Positions 18,092 through 27,349 of a stretch of 64,000 bases of DNA are shown here, one piece after another. This DNA is from Candidatus Bathyarchaeia archaeon (lineage in GTDB: Archaea; Thermoproteota; Bathyarchaeia; Bathyarchaeales; Bathycorpusculaceae): positions 4,285 through 68,284 of the forward strand of contig JAWCLS010000001.1 of the NCBI GenBank assembly GCA_038850545.1. The letters are read 5' to 3'. Below the pieces are notes generated by a model. It searched no databases, had not been told where the DNA came from, and saw nothing but the letters and a program-made list of their open reading frames with translations. Positions within the stretch are counted from its first letter, which is position 1. Each line of letters begins with the position of its first letter. The position numbers and the translations under genes are program-made.

Positions 18092-19510
18092 TTGAAGGCT
18101 AAAGTTAGGGGAATATACACAACAGCCTTAACAAAACTGCTTCTGGAAAACGGCTTCCAAATTGTTCAGCCTTCCCAAGCCATAAAAACACGCTTCAGCA
18201 TTCAAGAAACTAACGAGCCTACAGACATTAAAATAAAGGATAGACATGACCTTCAAGGAGTGGTTGTTTTAGGCACAGCCGAAGCCACAAAAGCATTCCA
18301 TTCAGTTATACATTCATCCCTTGAAGACGCCATAACCAGAAAATGGAACGTAAGCATTGACGGCATTTACAAAGGAAACATTGTAGGCGGAGACGAAAGC
18401 GCTGTTTACGTCCAAATAGGAGAGGAAACTGTTGGAATGCTTCCTGTTTTGGAAGCCCCAAACGAAAAACAAAGAGAAATAATCGTTCAGGTTGAACGGA
18501 AAAGAATGGGCAGAAAAACTCCAGTTTTAACAACCCAGCTCAAAATCGTCGGGAAATATGCCATACTCGCAAAAAACAGCAAGGTTGGCGTGAGCCTAAA
18601 AATCCGCGACATAAACAAGCGGGCGGAACTTTACGCTCTGGGAAAACAGCTATGCCCCGAGGGTTGGGGAATAATCTGGCGAGAGCCAGCAGCCCAAATG
18701 CAAAAGGATTTTTTGGAAAAAGAGATCATGAAACTTGCTGAGAAAGTTAAAACTTTAAACGAGAGAGCAGCATCCGCGAAGGCTCCAGTTCTCTTGGTTG
18801 AGGGATTATACTTCATGGACGTTGAGTTTCCATACTTCTCAAAAAGGAAACTAGACGAGCTGAGGGCTTCAGTGACGCCGACCCTTGAGGGACACCACTT
18901 CTACAAAACCTGCGGAGGCAAACTTTCAGCCGCCCTGCAAATGGCTGAAAAACTTCTGGAAAAGGGAAAAAGCAAAGCAGAAATGGAAAAGCTTTTCAAA
19001 ATGCAAGTTCAGCCGGAGTTTCCAGAGGAAGGCTCAACTGTGAATGTGGAACACGTAAAGCTAAGCGGCTTAGTTTTAAACCTTGGACAAGCCACAATAG
19101 AAGCCATGAACAGCGAGAAAATAAAATACTGGAGAACCATCAAAGCGAACGGCTTCTACGACGGATTAGGCGTGGCAAAAGAGGTTGGCGACAAAGCAGT
19201 AAGCGAGACAAAACCAGGCGAATGGCGCATAACCACAAACTATTTCTCAAAAAATGGAGAATGGAAAGGAGCCTACATAAACCTAAACACGCCAGTGGAA
19301 GTCTACCCGAAGACAATACGCTATGTAGACTTGGAAGTCGACGTGTGCATCCGCCCAAACGGTGAAGTCAGAGTCATAGACATGGAAAAACTTGAGAAGG
19401 CTTTTGAAAGGGGCTTTTTAAACAAAGCGCTCTTTGAAAAAGCTAGAGAAACAGTGGAAGCTCTTACGGAAAAAGATTTTATTAAAAAATTTTCGGCTAA
19501 CTTTATTTAG
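18092..19510 (+). CDS. fau-1: RNA-binding protein / probable ribonuclease FAU-1 (RNase E/G-like, DUF402)
   Basis: (M)KAKVRGIYTTALTKLLLENGF is the FAU-1 N-terminal signature. TTG start lies 3 nt after the rtcA stop. Confidence 0.85.
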   Translation: MKAKVRGIYTTALTKLLLENGFQIVQPSQAIKTRFSIQETNEPTDIKIKDRHDLQGVVVLGTAEATKAFHSVIHSSLEDAITRKWNVSIDGIYKGNIVGGDESAVYVQIGEETVGMLPVLEAPNEKQREIIVQVERKRMGRKTPVLTTQLKIVGKYAILAKNSKVGVSLKIRDINKRAELYALGKQLCPEGWGIIWREPAAQMQKDFLEKEIMKLAEKVKTLNERAASAKAPVLLVEGLYFMDVEFPYFSKRKLDELRASVTPTLEGHHFYKTCGGKLSAALQMAEKLLEKGKSKAEMEKLFKMQVQPEFPEEGSTVNVEHVKLSGLVLNLGQATIEAMNSEKIKYWRTIKANGFYDGLGVAKEVGDKAVSETKPGEWRITTNYFSKNGEWKGAYINLNTPVEVYPKTIRYVDLEVDVCIRPNGEVRVIDMEKLEKAFERGFLNKALFEKARETVEALTEKDFIKKFSANFI

Positions 19511-19550
19511 CATCATTCACTTCTTATTCCTATTTCAAGAGAGAGCCAAA

Positions 19551-20888
19551 TTGAACGTAAACTTAGTCCTGAAAGACTTGAAAGCTTACGTGAATAAAAC
19601 GGTAATGGAGTGCTGCCTGGCAATAAAGGATGGGAAAATTTTCAAAATTGGAAAAGAGGCAAATATGCCGAAGACTGAAGAAAAAATAAGCCTTAAGGGG
19701 CTTCTGGTTTTGCCAGGCTTAATAGATGTCCACGTGCATCTTAGGGATGAAGGCAAATCCTACAAAGAAGACTTTTACAGTGGAACCGCTGCCGCGGCAG
19801 CCGGCGGAATAACAACAGTTTTGGACATGCCCAACAATAGCCCAGTCACAATGAGCGCCGAAACCTTAAGAAACAGAATGAAAACTGCTGAAAGGAAGAT
19901 TCTGGTTAATGTTGGCTTCTACTCCGAATTTCCCAGAAATCTGCAAGAAATCGGCGAAATAATTAGGGAAGGCGTCGTGGCTTTCAAGCTTTTCATGGGC
20001 GAGCAAGTAGGGGGTTTAAACGTAGACGACGACCATGCCATTAAAGAAGCCTTCAAAAACGTTGGCATAAAGGTTCCAGTGGCAGTCCATGCAGAAGACA
20101 AAGAAACTTTGAAAAGCGCTGAAAAAGAGCTTAGGCTCAAGGGATGCAACGATGTTGAAGCTTTTCTTAAGGCGCATTCAGAAGAAGCTGAAGTTAAAGC
20201 TGTAAAGCGCGTAATTGCCATTGCCAAGGAGACTGGTGTCCGTGTGCACTTTTGCCACGTAAGCAGTGAAAAATCCTTAAAAGCGGTGGTGGAAGCCAAA
20301 AAAGCCATGTTGCCAATATCATGTGAAGTTACGCCACATCATCTGCTTTTGTCCGTTGAAGATCTAAAGCGTATAGGCTGTTTGGCTTTAAACGTGCCGC
20401 CTGTTAGGGAGAAAAATCATGTTGATTTTCTATGGAAAGGCGTCAAGGAGGGATGGGTTGACATTATAGCCTCAGATCACGCTCCCCACGCCATTGAAGA
20501 GAAAAGCGCAGATGCCGTTTGGAACGTTAAGGTTGGCATACCTGGACTGGAGACCACGCTTCCATTGCTGCTTAACGAGGTGAATAACGGACGGCTAACT
20601 ATAGCCGACGTGGTTAAGCTTATGGCTGAGAATCCCGCCAAAATTTTCAATTTGAAGGGTAGGGGAAGCCTGAAAGAAGGAAATAAAGCTGACTTGGTGG
20701 CTGTGGATTTAAAGAAGGAACACCGTATAAATGCGCCGAAGTTTCATTCTAAAGCAAAGTATTCCCCCTTTAACGGCATGCAAGTCAAAGGCAAGCCTCT
20801 CAAAACTTTCGTAAACGGAAAACTGGTCATGGACAACGACGAAATAGTCGCTGAAGCTGGAAGCGGCGAAATAATCGAGGGAGGATAA
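19551..20888 (+). CDS. pyrC: dihydroorotase (cyclic amidohydrolase superfamily)
   Basis: PGLIDVHVHLRDEG, AFKLFM and ASDHAPH motifs are present. I place the start at TTG 19551 because the 5' part of ORF 19434.. overlaps the fau-1 3' end. Confidence 0.85.
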   Translation: MNVNLVLKDLKAYVNKTVMECCLAIKDGKIFKIGKEANMPKTEEKISLKGLLVLPGLIDVHVHLRDEGKSYKEDFYSGTAAAAAGGITTVLDMPNNSPVTMSAETLRNRMKTAERKILVNVGFYSEFPRNLQEIGEIIREGVVAFKLFMGEQVGGLNVDDDHAIKEAFKNVGIKVPVAVHAEDKETLKSAEKELRLKGCNDVEAFLKAHSEEAEVKAVKRVIAIAKETGVRVHFCHVSSEKSLKAVVEAKKAMLPISCEVTPHHLLLSVEDLKRIGCLALNVPPVREKNHVDFLWKGVKEGWVDIIASDHAPHAIEEKSADAVWNVKVGIPGLETTLPLLLNEVNNGRLTIADVVKLMAENPAKIFNLKGRGSLKEGNKADLVAVDLKKEHRINAPKFHSKAKYSPFNGMQVKGKPLKTFVNGKLVMDNDEIVAEAGSGEIIEGG

Positions 20889-20891
20889 ATC

Positions 20892-21377
20892 TTGAAGTTC
20901 ATTGTTGATGGAATGCTTGGAAAACTAACCCGATGGCTTCGCATGCTGGGGCACAACGTGAAATACTCGAATAAGATGGACGACTCACAGCTTATTGCAA
21001 TAGCCAAAAAAGAGCGTAGAATTCTCCTCACAAGAGATTTAGAGCTTTACCAGCAAGCCACAGCTAAGGGCGTCCAAGCCCTATACATGGAGGGAAAAAC
21101 AGAAGCTGAAAGACTCGCAAAACTCGCCCAAAAATTCGGAATAAACCTCGACATAGACATGGCGAAATCAAGATGCCCAAAATGCAACACGAGAGTAAAA
21201 CCGATACCTAAAGAAAAAGCAGAGGGCAAAGTTGAAAAAACCACTTTTTCCTACTACAACGAGTTCTGGCAGTGCCCAAAATGCGAACAAATTTATTGGC
21301 AAGGCGCCCACTGGACAAGAATACGGAAAACCCTTGAAAACGCAAAAGAAAACCTGAAGAAAATGGAAATCCAATAG
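20892..21377 (+). CDS. Mut7-C / DUF82 PIN-like RNase domain protein with a zinc ribbon
   Basis: KFIVDGMLGKLTRWLRMLGHNV plus CPKCN...CPKC. TTG start behind GGAGGA. Confidence 0.8.
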   Translation: MKFIVDGMLGKLTRWLRMLGHNVKYSNKMDDSQLIAIAKKERRILLTRDLELYQQATAKGVQALYMEGKTEAERLAKLAQKFGINLDIDMAKSRCPKCNTRVKPIPKEKAEGKVEKTTFSYYNEFWQCPKCEQIYWQGAHWTRIRKTLENAKENLKKMEIQ

Positions 21378-21440
21378 TCATATCAGTTGCACAAATTTAA
21401 TTTGGGGAGCATGCATAAAAACTAATAAAAGGTTGTTTGG

Positions 21441-22232
21441 TTGAATCTTCAAAAACCCGAACGCGAATTATCAATAGAGGAAGTTCTAAGGTGGACTTTT
21501 ACAATTTATTCCAAAAATTTTATCATGTTTTTCACACCATTTCTTATCACAGCACTACTTTACGGAAGCTTAGGCATCATATTCGAAAATTTTGTCACCA
21601 CAGTTACAGCTAACATTCCAGCTCCCGGAGCACCCGTAGAAGAGATACAAAACTGGTTTTGGAGCTTCATTCTTACTTTTCTGGCTATAGCCTCAGTTAT
21701 GGGTATAATATCTTGGATAATAGGCACAGTTGTAAATGGGGTTTGTGTTAAGTGCGCTGCGGACGTGATAGAAAGGGGCAAGGCAGTTCTCGGAGAAGCC
21801 TTAAATTATGCAGTCTACAAGATTTTTTCCCTTTTGGCGGCGGCACTTGTGACTGCGATATTAATTGGGTTGGGCTTTATCGCGTTGATAGTGCCCGGAA
21901 TAATCCTCTTAGTAATGTTTTCTTTAGTTGTTCCAGCAATCATAATAGAAGACATTGGAGCCCTAGAGAGTTTATCTAGAAGCAGGAGGCTCGTAAGCAG
22001 ACGCTGGCTAAAAACATTCATCCTACTTTTAATAGTATATTTAGCGGTGCTCTTCACATCTTACGTTGGAAGGCTTATTGGGCAGCCTCTAGGGCTTTTC
22101 AACGTCATAGTAAGCAACGTCACCGCAGCCTTCGTTCAACCCATTATTCCAATTTCAATAACAGTATATTATTATGCCATGTTAGCGAAGGAGGCCCAGA
22201 GGGTTCCTCCGCCTCCTCCGCCGCCCTTCTAA
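21441..22232 (+). CDS. integral membrane protein, unknown function, poly-Pro C-terminus
   Basis: 263 aa, about 6 TM segments, ending RVPPPPPPPF. Confidence 0.65.
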   Translation: MNLQKPERELSIEEVLRWTFTIYSKNFIMFFTPFLITALLYGSLGIIFENFVTTVTANIPAPGAPVEEIQNWFWSFILTFLAIASVMGIISWIIGTVVNGVCVKCAADVIERGKAVLGEALNYAVYKIFSLLAAALVTAILIGLGFIALIVPGIILLVMFSLVVPAIIIEDIGALESLSRSRRLVSRRWLKTFILLLIVYLAVLFTSYVGRLIGQPLGLFNVIVSNVTAAFVQPIIPISITVYYYAMLAKEAQRVPPPPPPPF

Positions 22233-22259
22233 AACTGAAAAGAAAGAGTGAAAAAGAGG

Positions 22260-22502
22260 TTATTTCTTCTCTTCTTCTAGAAGCCACTTTAAAGGTATGT
22301 CCTGATATGTGCCGTCCGGCAAGGTTCGCCTAATGGTTATTGGCAGTATACCTGCCTCAAGCTCTTTTAAGGCTATGTCTATTGGACTTGAGAAACTCTC
22401 TGAAACGTCGATGAGGATTGGGGCGCCCATGGATATTTGAAGGGCTCTGGCCCCGACCACTCTTGCCTTCTCGAAACGGGTGAGTTTTGGAGGACCTATC
22501 AA
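22260..22502 (-). CDS. rpoK: DNA-directed RNA polymerase subunit K (Rpo6/RPB6)
   Basis: [22 protein letters not shown] is the Rpb6/omega-like signature. Confidence 0.9.
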   Translation of the reverse strand: MIGPPKLTRFEKARVVGARALQISMGAPILIDVSESFSSPIDIALKELEAGILPITIRRTLPDGTYQDIPLKWLLEEEKK

Positions 22503-22529
22503 AATTTTCTTCTCTTTTTCGGACGTATT

Positions 22530-24182
22530 CTAATACTCCCCAGCGCCCGGATATTCGCCTTCAGACGGGCCTTTCGGCGGCATTGGGGGAGCCTTTGCTT
22601 TTCCAGCTGCTATCACGTCGTCGATTTTTAGAATCATGGATGCAGCTTCATTTGCAGATTTTATCACTTGTTTCTTGACGGAGATGGGCTCGAAAACCCC
22701 TGCCTCTCTCATGTCTTGAATTTTTCCAGAGTTAACTTCTATCCCAGCCCATGTGTCGCCCTTTTCATGCTTCGCCCTTAGTTCGGATAGTATGTCAATG
22801 GGGTCTAATCCGGCGTTTTCGGCGAGTGTCGTTGGAACAGCTTCTAAAGCTTCAGCGAAGCTTTTAACTGCAAGTTGTTCCCTTCCAGGAAGAGTTTCAG
22901 CATATTTTTTGAGAACACGGGCGATTTCAAGCTCTGGGGCTCCGCCGCCAGCAATAACTTTAGGTTCTTCAACTATGTCCCTAACAACGCATAAGGCGTC
23001 ATGTATTGAACGTTCAGCCTCGTCGACTATGCGTTCTGTCCCGCCCCTTATTAGAATTGTAACTGCTCGCGGGTTTTTGCATCCTTCTACAAAGGTCATT
23101 TTGTCATCGCCTATTTTGCGTTCTTCAACGAGGCTTGCATAGCCAAGGTCCGCCGAGCTCATATCGTCCAGGTTTGTTATTAATTTTCCACCAGTGGCCT
23201 TTGCAAGCTTTTCCATGTCGGATTTTTTGATTCTCCTCACTGCGAGGATTCCCTTTCGAGCCAAGAAGTGCTGAGCCATGTCGTCTATGCCTTTCTGGCA
23301 CAAAACAACATTTGCGCCTACTGCGACGAGTTTATCCACCATTTCCTTCAGCATAGCTTCTTCCTGCTTTAGGAAGGCATCCATCTGCTCTGGGCTTTCA
23401 ATGTTGATTTTAGCGTCAAACTCTGTTTTTTCAATTTCTAAAGAAGTGTCAAGCAAGGCTATTTTGGCGTTCTCCACATGTTTAGGCATTCCTGAATGCA
23501 CGACTTCCTTGTCTAAGACTATGCCGTTTATGAGTGTTGTATCCCTCACCGACTCGCCTGGCTTTTTCTCAACTTTCACATCATCTATGTCAACTTTGTA
23601 TTTGTTGTCCTCTTTCTCTACAACCTGAAGAACCGCCTTAACAGCCAAATCAGCCAAATATTCTCTCTGTTCAGATACCAATTTGCTTGCCATGCTCGTC
23701 ATGGCAGCCTTCTTCAAGTATTCTTGATTGTCAAGGTCTACGGGTATGGCTATTTTCTCCAGAGCTTCAAGCGCCTTCTCCGCGGCCTTTTTGTATCCGT
23801 CGATTATTATGGTTGGGTGAATATTTTTGCCTATTAATTCTTCAGCCTTGCTCAGCAACTCGCCTGCAAGTATAACGGCTGTGGTTGTTCCGTCTCCAGC
23901 CTCGTTGTCTTGGGTTTTAGCCACTTCAACCATCATTTTTGCTGCTGGATGCTGAACATCCATTTCGTCTAAGATTGTGCGGCCGTCGCTTGTGATTGTT
24001 ACGTCGCCGAAGCTGTCCACAAGCATTTTGTCCATGCCTTTCGGGCCTAGGGAACTCTTTACAGTTTCAGCTATTATTTTTGCCGCCATTATGTTGTTGT
24101 GTTGAGCTTCCTTTCCCCTTGAACGGCTTGAACCTTCCCTTAATATTAAAACTGGAACTCCAGCTGATGCGGGTGATGACAA
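22530..24182 (-). CDS. ths: thermosome subunit (group II chaperonin)
   Basis: [22 protein letters not shown] and the C-terminal charged tail are present. I place the start at TTG 24182 ([17 protein letters not shown]...) with GGAGG 8 nt upstream. The track ORF extends to 24209. Confidence 0.95.
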   Translation of the reverse strand: MSSPASAGVPVLILREGSSRSRGKEAQHNNIMAAKIIAETVKSSLGPKGMDKMLVDSFGDVTITSDGRTILDEMDVQHPAAKMMVEVAKTQDNEAGDGTTTAVILAGELLSKAEELIGKNIHPTIIIDGYKKAAEKALEALEKIAIPVDLDNQEYLKKAAMTSMASKLVSEQREYLADLAVKAVLQVVEKEDNKYKVDIDDVKVEKKPGESVRDTTLINGIVLDKEVVHSGMPKHVENAKIALLDTSLEIEKTEFDAKINIESPEQMDAFLKQEEAMLKEMVDKLVAVGANVVLCQKGIDDMAQHFLARKGILAVRRIKKSDMEKLAKATGGKLITNLDDMSSADLGYASLVEERKIGDDKMTFVEGCKNPRAVTILIRGGTERIVDEAERSIHDALCVVRDIVEEPKVIAGGGAPELEIARVLKKYAETLPGREQLAVKSFAEALEAVPTTLAENAGLDPIDILSELRAKHEKGDTWAGIEVNSGKIQDMREAGVFEPISVKKQVIKSANEAASMILKIDDVIAAGKAKAPPMPPKGPSEGEYPGAGEY

Positions 24183-24190
24183 ACCAACAA

Positions 24191-24234
24191 CCTCCCAAAT
24201 GCGTCTCAAACAGAAACAGCATTACAATATAAAT
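24191..24234 (-). promoter_or_regulatory. thermosome promoter / 5' leader: TATA box (ATTTATAT, 24227..24234) and SD (GGAGG, 24191..24195)
   Basis: Read on the minus strand: AGAAAAATTTATATTGTAATGCTG...GGGAGGTTGTTGGTTG. The TATA lies about 45 nt upstream of the proposed TTG start. Confidence 0.5.
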
Positions 24235-24362
24235 TTTTCTAATTTAAACGGTAACAAAAGATGAAGGAGATGGCAATAGACAGCACGGTGACCATTTGTT
24301 CAGTGTATAATAGCAAAACTTTCAATAATACGGGTTTTAATTAATGGTATAAGGGTGAATGG

Positions 24363-26150
24363 GTGAACCTTTTTGTATTCCTTTTCATATGGGCTTTTGT
24401 GTGGTTTATTCCAATACCGCCTAGGAAAACTGGGTGGAGGAAGCCTTCGCGCATAATTTCACTATTATTGGGTTTGTTTCTCTTCTTCATAATTCAGTTT
24501 TCAAGGCCGCCCCTTAGCATTTTCGCATTTTTGCTCGTGTTGCTTAGGCTTTTCGCTGCTTTTGTGGAGTCAGCTTTTTCCGTAAGGCGTGCAACTTTTG
24601 AGGAAACGGAAAAGCATTACTACTACAGTAAGCGTATTCCTCTGAAGGTTTCAGCAAAAATTAGGGCAAAAATAATAGGCATTCTGTTCATTCTCTATTT
24701 GCTCGCCACCTCCATGTTGATAGTTTTTTGGCAGGTTCAAAGGGTGGCAAACGCCTCTTACTTTAACAGTTTCATCAGCATAAGATCAGGACTGCCCTTT
24801 AACACTGGAATCCCGGATAATATGGTGCGCCTCGTCACAGAGGAGCTCGCCGTTTCCATAGCCAGAAGGCACATGTCAGAATTTGGAAGCAACACTCAAG
24901 TTTTAGGGTGCCACATAACGAAAACTCCCGAAGGCGAACTTGTATGGGTCGCCGTTATAGGCTCAACTAACGTTATCGCGGAAAACTACGTTAAAGGATT
25001 CGTTATAATAGACGCCGCAGACCCAAATACTCCGCCGAAAATACTGAAGGAAGAGTTTGCTATTGGAGAAGGCTTATGGTTTGACCACAACATTCATTTC
25101 CGCTCCTACATGAACGACATTTCAAGAAGCTATGGCATAGCCTACATTACATGGGACTTCGCAACAGAAGAAGCAGCATACATTGTGGCACGTTACAACG
25201 TGGGCTTCGACTTAATTAGAAGATATGAAACCCCGATGGTTTACGACTCAGCAGGCAAAGTGTACCGCCAAGCAGAGTCTCTTTCTGAAGTCCCCAGGTG
25301 GATTACGCAGGTTTATGATGAAGACTGGCTTGAGGATATGATAAACGAGATGGGAGGCTTCAGAAGAGGCGAAGGCTTCGATTATTGGGCAGGAGGCTTC
25401 CTATGGATTATTCCGCCGAGCCGCGAGCGCTTCGAAATGACGGAGGACACCCGCTACATTGTAGACCCAGAAACAGGCGACGTTGTAGCCTTGGTCTGTG
25501 TAAACCCCGTCGGAAACACGCGAACCCTCTCCGGAGTTTTCAAAGCCACACGAGACGGCATATTCTTCTACGATTTCAGGCAAGCCAACTACATTTCGGG
25601 CATGACCGCCGAAGACTTTGTTGAAGGGAGGCTTCCAAAGCCTGCAGCAGGCATCTACGACGCTGAAATGCCTCTGCTGTATCCCGTTGAAGTTTCTCCG
25701 GGCAAATATAGGCTTGCGTGGTATGTGCCCATTTACTGGCGGGAGGGCACATGGGAAAAAGATGAAACCATATACTTGGCTGGCTTCGCCATAGTTGACG
25801 CAGAAGAAACAAGCAAAATAGCCATAACAATGAATGAAGAAGGCTTAACAAGCGAACAGCTTGTGCGCAAAACGCGGTTAGACTTTCTGAAACTTTTCGG
25901 AGTGGTAACCTATCTAGAAGTTGATGCAAAAGTTTTGGGGAAATATGAATATGTGGAAGAGGGAACAACGCATATAGTTCTGCGTCTGGACAACGCAACC
26001 TACCAGTGGGTGGAAGCAACTCCGAAGGATATCCCAACCCTTCAATGGAACGAGCTGATGGCAACAAAGGCGGGAGACAACGTAACAATGCAAATTGAAA
26101 AACGTGGAGAAAAGTGGGTAATAACAGCCTTTGAAAACCTAAACGTTTAA
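24363..26150 (+). CDS. large membrane-anchored protein of unknown function
   Basis: 595 aa with a GTG start behind AAGGGTGA. It has about 4 N-terminal TM helices and a roughly 470-aa soluble Trp/Tyr-rich domain. No family recognised. Confidence 0.7.
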   Translation: MNLFVFLFIWAFVWFIPIPPRKTGWRKPSRIISLLLGLFLFFIIQFSRPPLSIFAFLLVLLRLFAAFVESAFSVRRATFEETEKHYYYSKRIPLKVSAKIRAKIIGILFILYLLATSMLIVFWQVQRVANASYFNSFISIRSGLPFNTGIPDNMVRLVTEELAVSIARRHMSEFGSNTQVLGCHITKTPEGELVWVAVIGSTNVIAENYVKGFVIIDAADPNTPPKILKEEFAIGEGLWFDHNIHFRSYMNDISRSYGIAYITWDFATEEAAYIVARYNVGFDLIRRYETPMVYDSAGKVYRQAESLSEVPRWITQVYDEDWLEDMINEMGGFRRGEGFDYWAGGFLWIIPPSRERFEMTEDTRYIVDPETGDVVALVCVNPVGNTRTLSGVFKATRDGIFFYDFRQANYISGMTAEDFVEGRLPKPAAGIYDAEMPLLYPVEVSPGKYRLAWYVPIYWREGTWEKDETIYLAGFAIVDAEETSKIAITMNEEGLTSEQLVRKTRLDFLKLFGVVTYLEVDAKVLGKYEYVEEGTTHIVLRLDNATYQWVEATPKDIPTLQWNELMATKAGDNVTMQIEKRGEKWVITAFENLNV

Positions 26151-26156
26151 CCGCTC

Positions 26157-26660
26157 TTAATAAACAGAGACTTTTGCAACACCCTTGACTTTCAGAAACT
26201 CAGGAATAAGCTCTCCCGGAATCTTCTTTTCCACGATAAGGGTGAGTTTCGGCTCAGGTGAAAGCTCCGGGTCGTCAACAATCGCCTGCCTTATACTTAG
26301 ACCGTTCTTTGCAAGGATCATGGCTGAATTTGCCAATATGCCTGGGATTCTGGCGTCAACTGGGGTTATCTCAACAACCCCGAAGTCCAAGTGTCTTGCA
26401 GTCTCTTTAAGGGAATAGCCTGCAGACCTTAAACCTTCAAATATTAAGCGTAGCTCGCGGTTAGCCCCGATGGTTTTTATTGTTTCGTTAACTGTTCGCC
26501 TGTCAACGCCTGCAACCCGTGCAATGCGCACTGGCGGAATTTCAATTTCGTTAAGGTAAACTTTTCCGTTTCTTACGCTTAACCCATTTTCTACAAGAAT
26601 GCGCGCCACCTTCAGCCTTTCAGGATGGTTTTCCAAATGCTTTTTTATAGTATTCCACAT
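26157..26660 (-). CDS. ACT-domain regulator of amino-acid metabolism (COG2150-like, HTH + ACT)
   Basis: The N-terminal ...RLKVARILVENGLSV...IARVAGVDRRTVNETIK HTH-like part and the ACT-like C-terminus resemble the COG2150 family. Confidence 0.65.
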   Translation of the reverse strand: MWNTIKKHLENHPERLKVARILVENGLSVRNGKVYLNEIEIPPVRIARVAGVDRRTVNETIKTIGANRELRLIFEGLRSAGYSLKETARHLDFGVVEITPVDARIPGILANSAMILAKNGLSIRQAIVDDPELSPEPKLTLIVEKKIPGELIPEFLKVKGVAKVSVY

Positions 26661-26723
26661 GTTTCAGCGTCTCCTAATGTACTTTTTTGTGCAACAAAGT
26701 ATAAATATGTTTATTCAATCAAA

Positions 26724-27257
26724 ATGCTAGCGACAAAAATGTACATGGAGGATCAAAATAAATCATTGACGAATAATTACAACTTAACGGAGTTTACAAA
26801 AATATACAGGTATGATGCTAAAGAAGAAAAAGGGGATTATTACATCGAAATTCGCATAGTTGACATGTTCCTCTTGAAATCTCATGAAAAAACCGATGCG
26901 CAACGGCTTGCTGATCTTAAGGCTGAAATCGAGTCTGATGGAATTCTGAAAAAGCCCATAGTGGTGGATGTTAACACTAACGTAGTTCTTGACGGACACC
27001 ACCGAATAGACGCTCTGAAGGCTCTTGGATGCTCAAAAATACCCGTAGTCTTCGTTGACTACCAGTCTCCCAAAATCGGCGTAAAAACAGCAGAAAACGG
27101 CGAAGAATATCCAAAGCGTAAAGTCATTGACGCTGCCTTAAGGGGTGAACCGCTTCCACCAAAATCCACATGGCACTACATCATTTTTTCTAAAGAGATA
27201 GCTCACATATCCAGAATACAAAAGCCGGTAAATATTCCCCTTGGAAATTTAAAGTGA
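26724..27257 (+). CDS. ParB/Sulfiredoxin-fold domain protein (candidate small-molecule kinase of the SerK/SbnI type)
   Basis: [40 protein letters not shown] is the ParB N-terminal/Srx signature (DGHHR). The start is uncertain (26724, 26739 or 26745) and a TATA-like AAAGTATAAATAT lies at about 26697. Confidence 0.7.
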   Translation: MLATKMYMEDQNKSLTNNYNLTEFTKIYRYDAKEEKGDYYIEIRIVDMFLLKSHEKTDAQRLADLKAEIESDGILKKPIVVDVNTNVVLDGHHRIDALKALGCSKIPVVFVDYQSPKIGVKTAENGEEYPKRKVIDAALRGEPLPPKSTWHYIIFSKEIAHISRIQKPVNIPLGNLK

Positions 27258-27349
27258 TCATTTCATCTATGTTATGTACGAAATTGTACTCAAAAGACTT
27301 AAATATAACATGTAAGTTCTTTTGTCAACACAATTTAGGGGTGAAACAT

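Noticed and set aside
19434-19550. N-terminal 39 codons of the listed pyrC ORF
   Set aside because: They overlap the fau-1 3' end in another frame and encode a non-conserved Leu/Phe/Lys-rich stretch. The TTG at 19551 gives a standard dihydroorotase N-terminus.
22201-22232. GC-rich CCG/CCT repeat at the end of the membrane protein gene
   Set aside because: It simply encodes a C-terminal poly-proline tail (PPPPPPPF). It is not a DNA-level repeat element.
25385-26088. ORFs of 79 to 170 aa overlapping the 595-aa membrane protein gene
   Set aside because: They are Arg/Leu/Pro-rich alternative-frame translations. The long sense ORF is far more protein-like.
26625-26723. N-terminal extension of the ParB-like ORF overlapping the start of the divergent ACT-regulator gene
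   Set aside because: It would place the start codon inside the neighbouring gene and upstream of the TATA-like AAAGTATAAATAT box. An internal Met start is more plausible.
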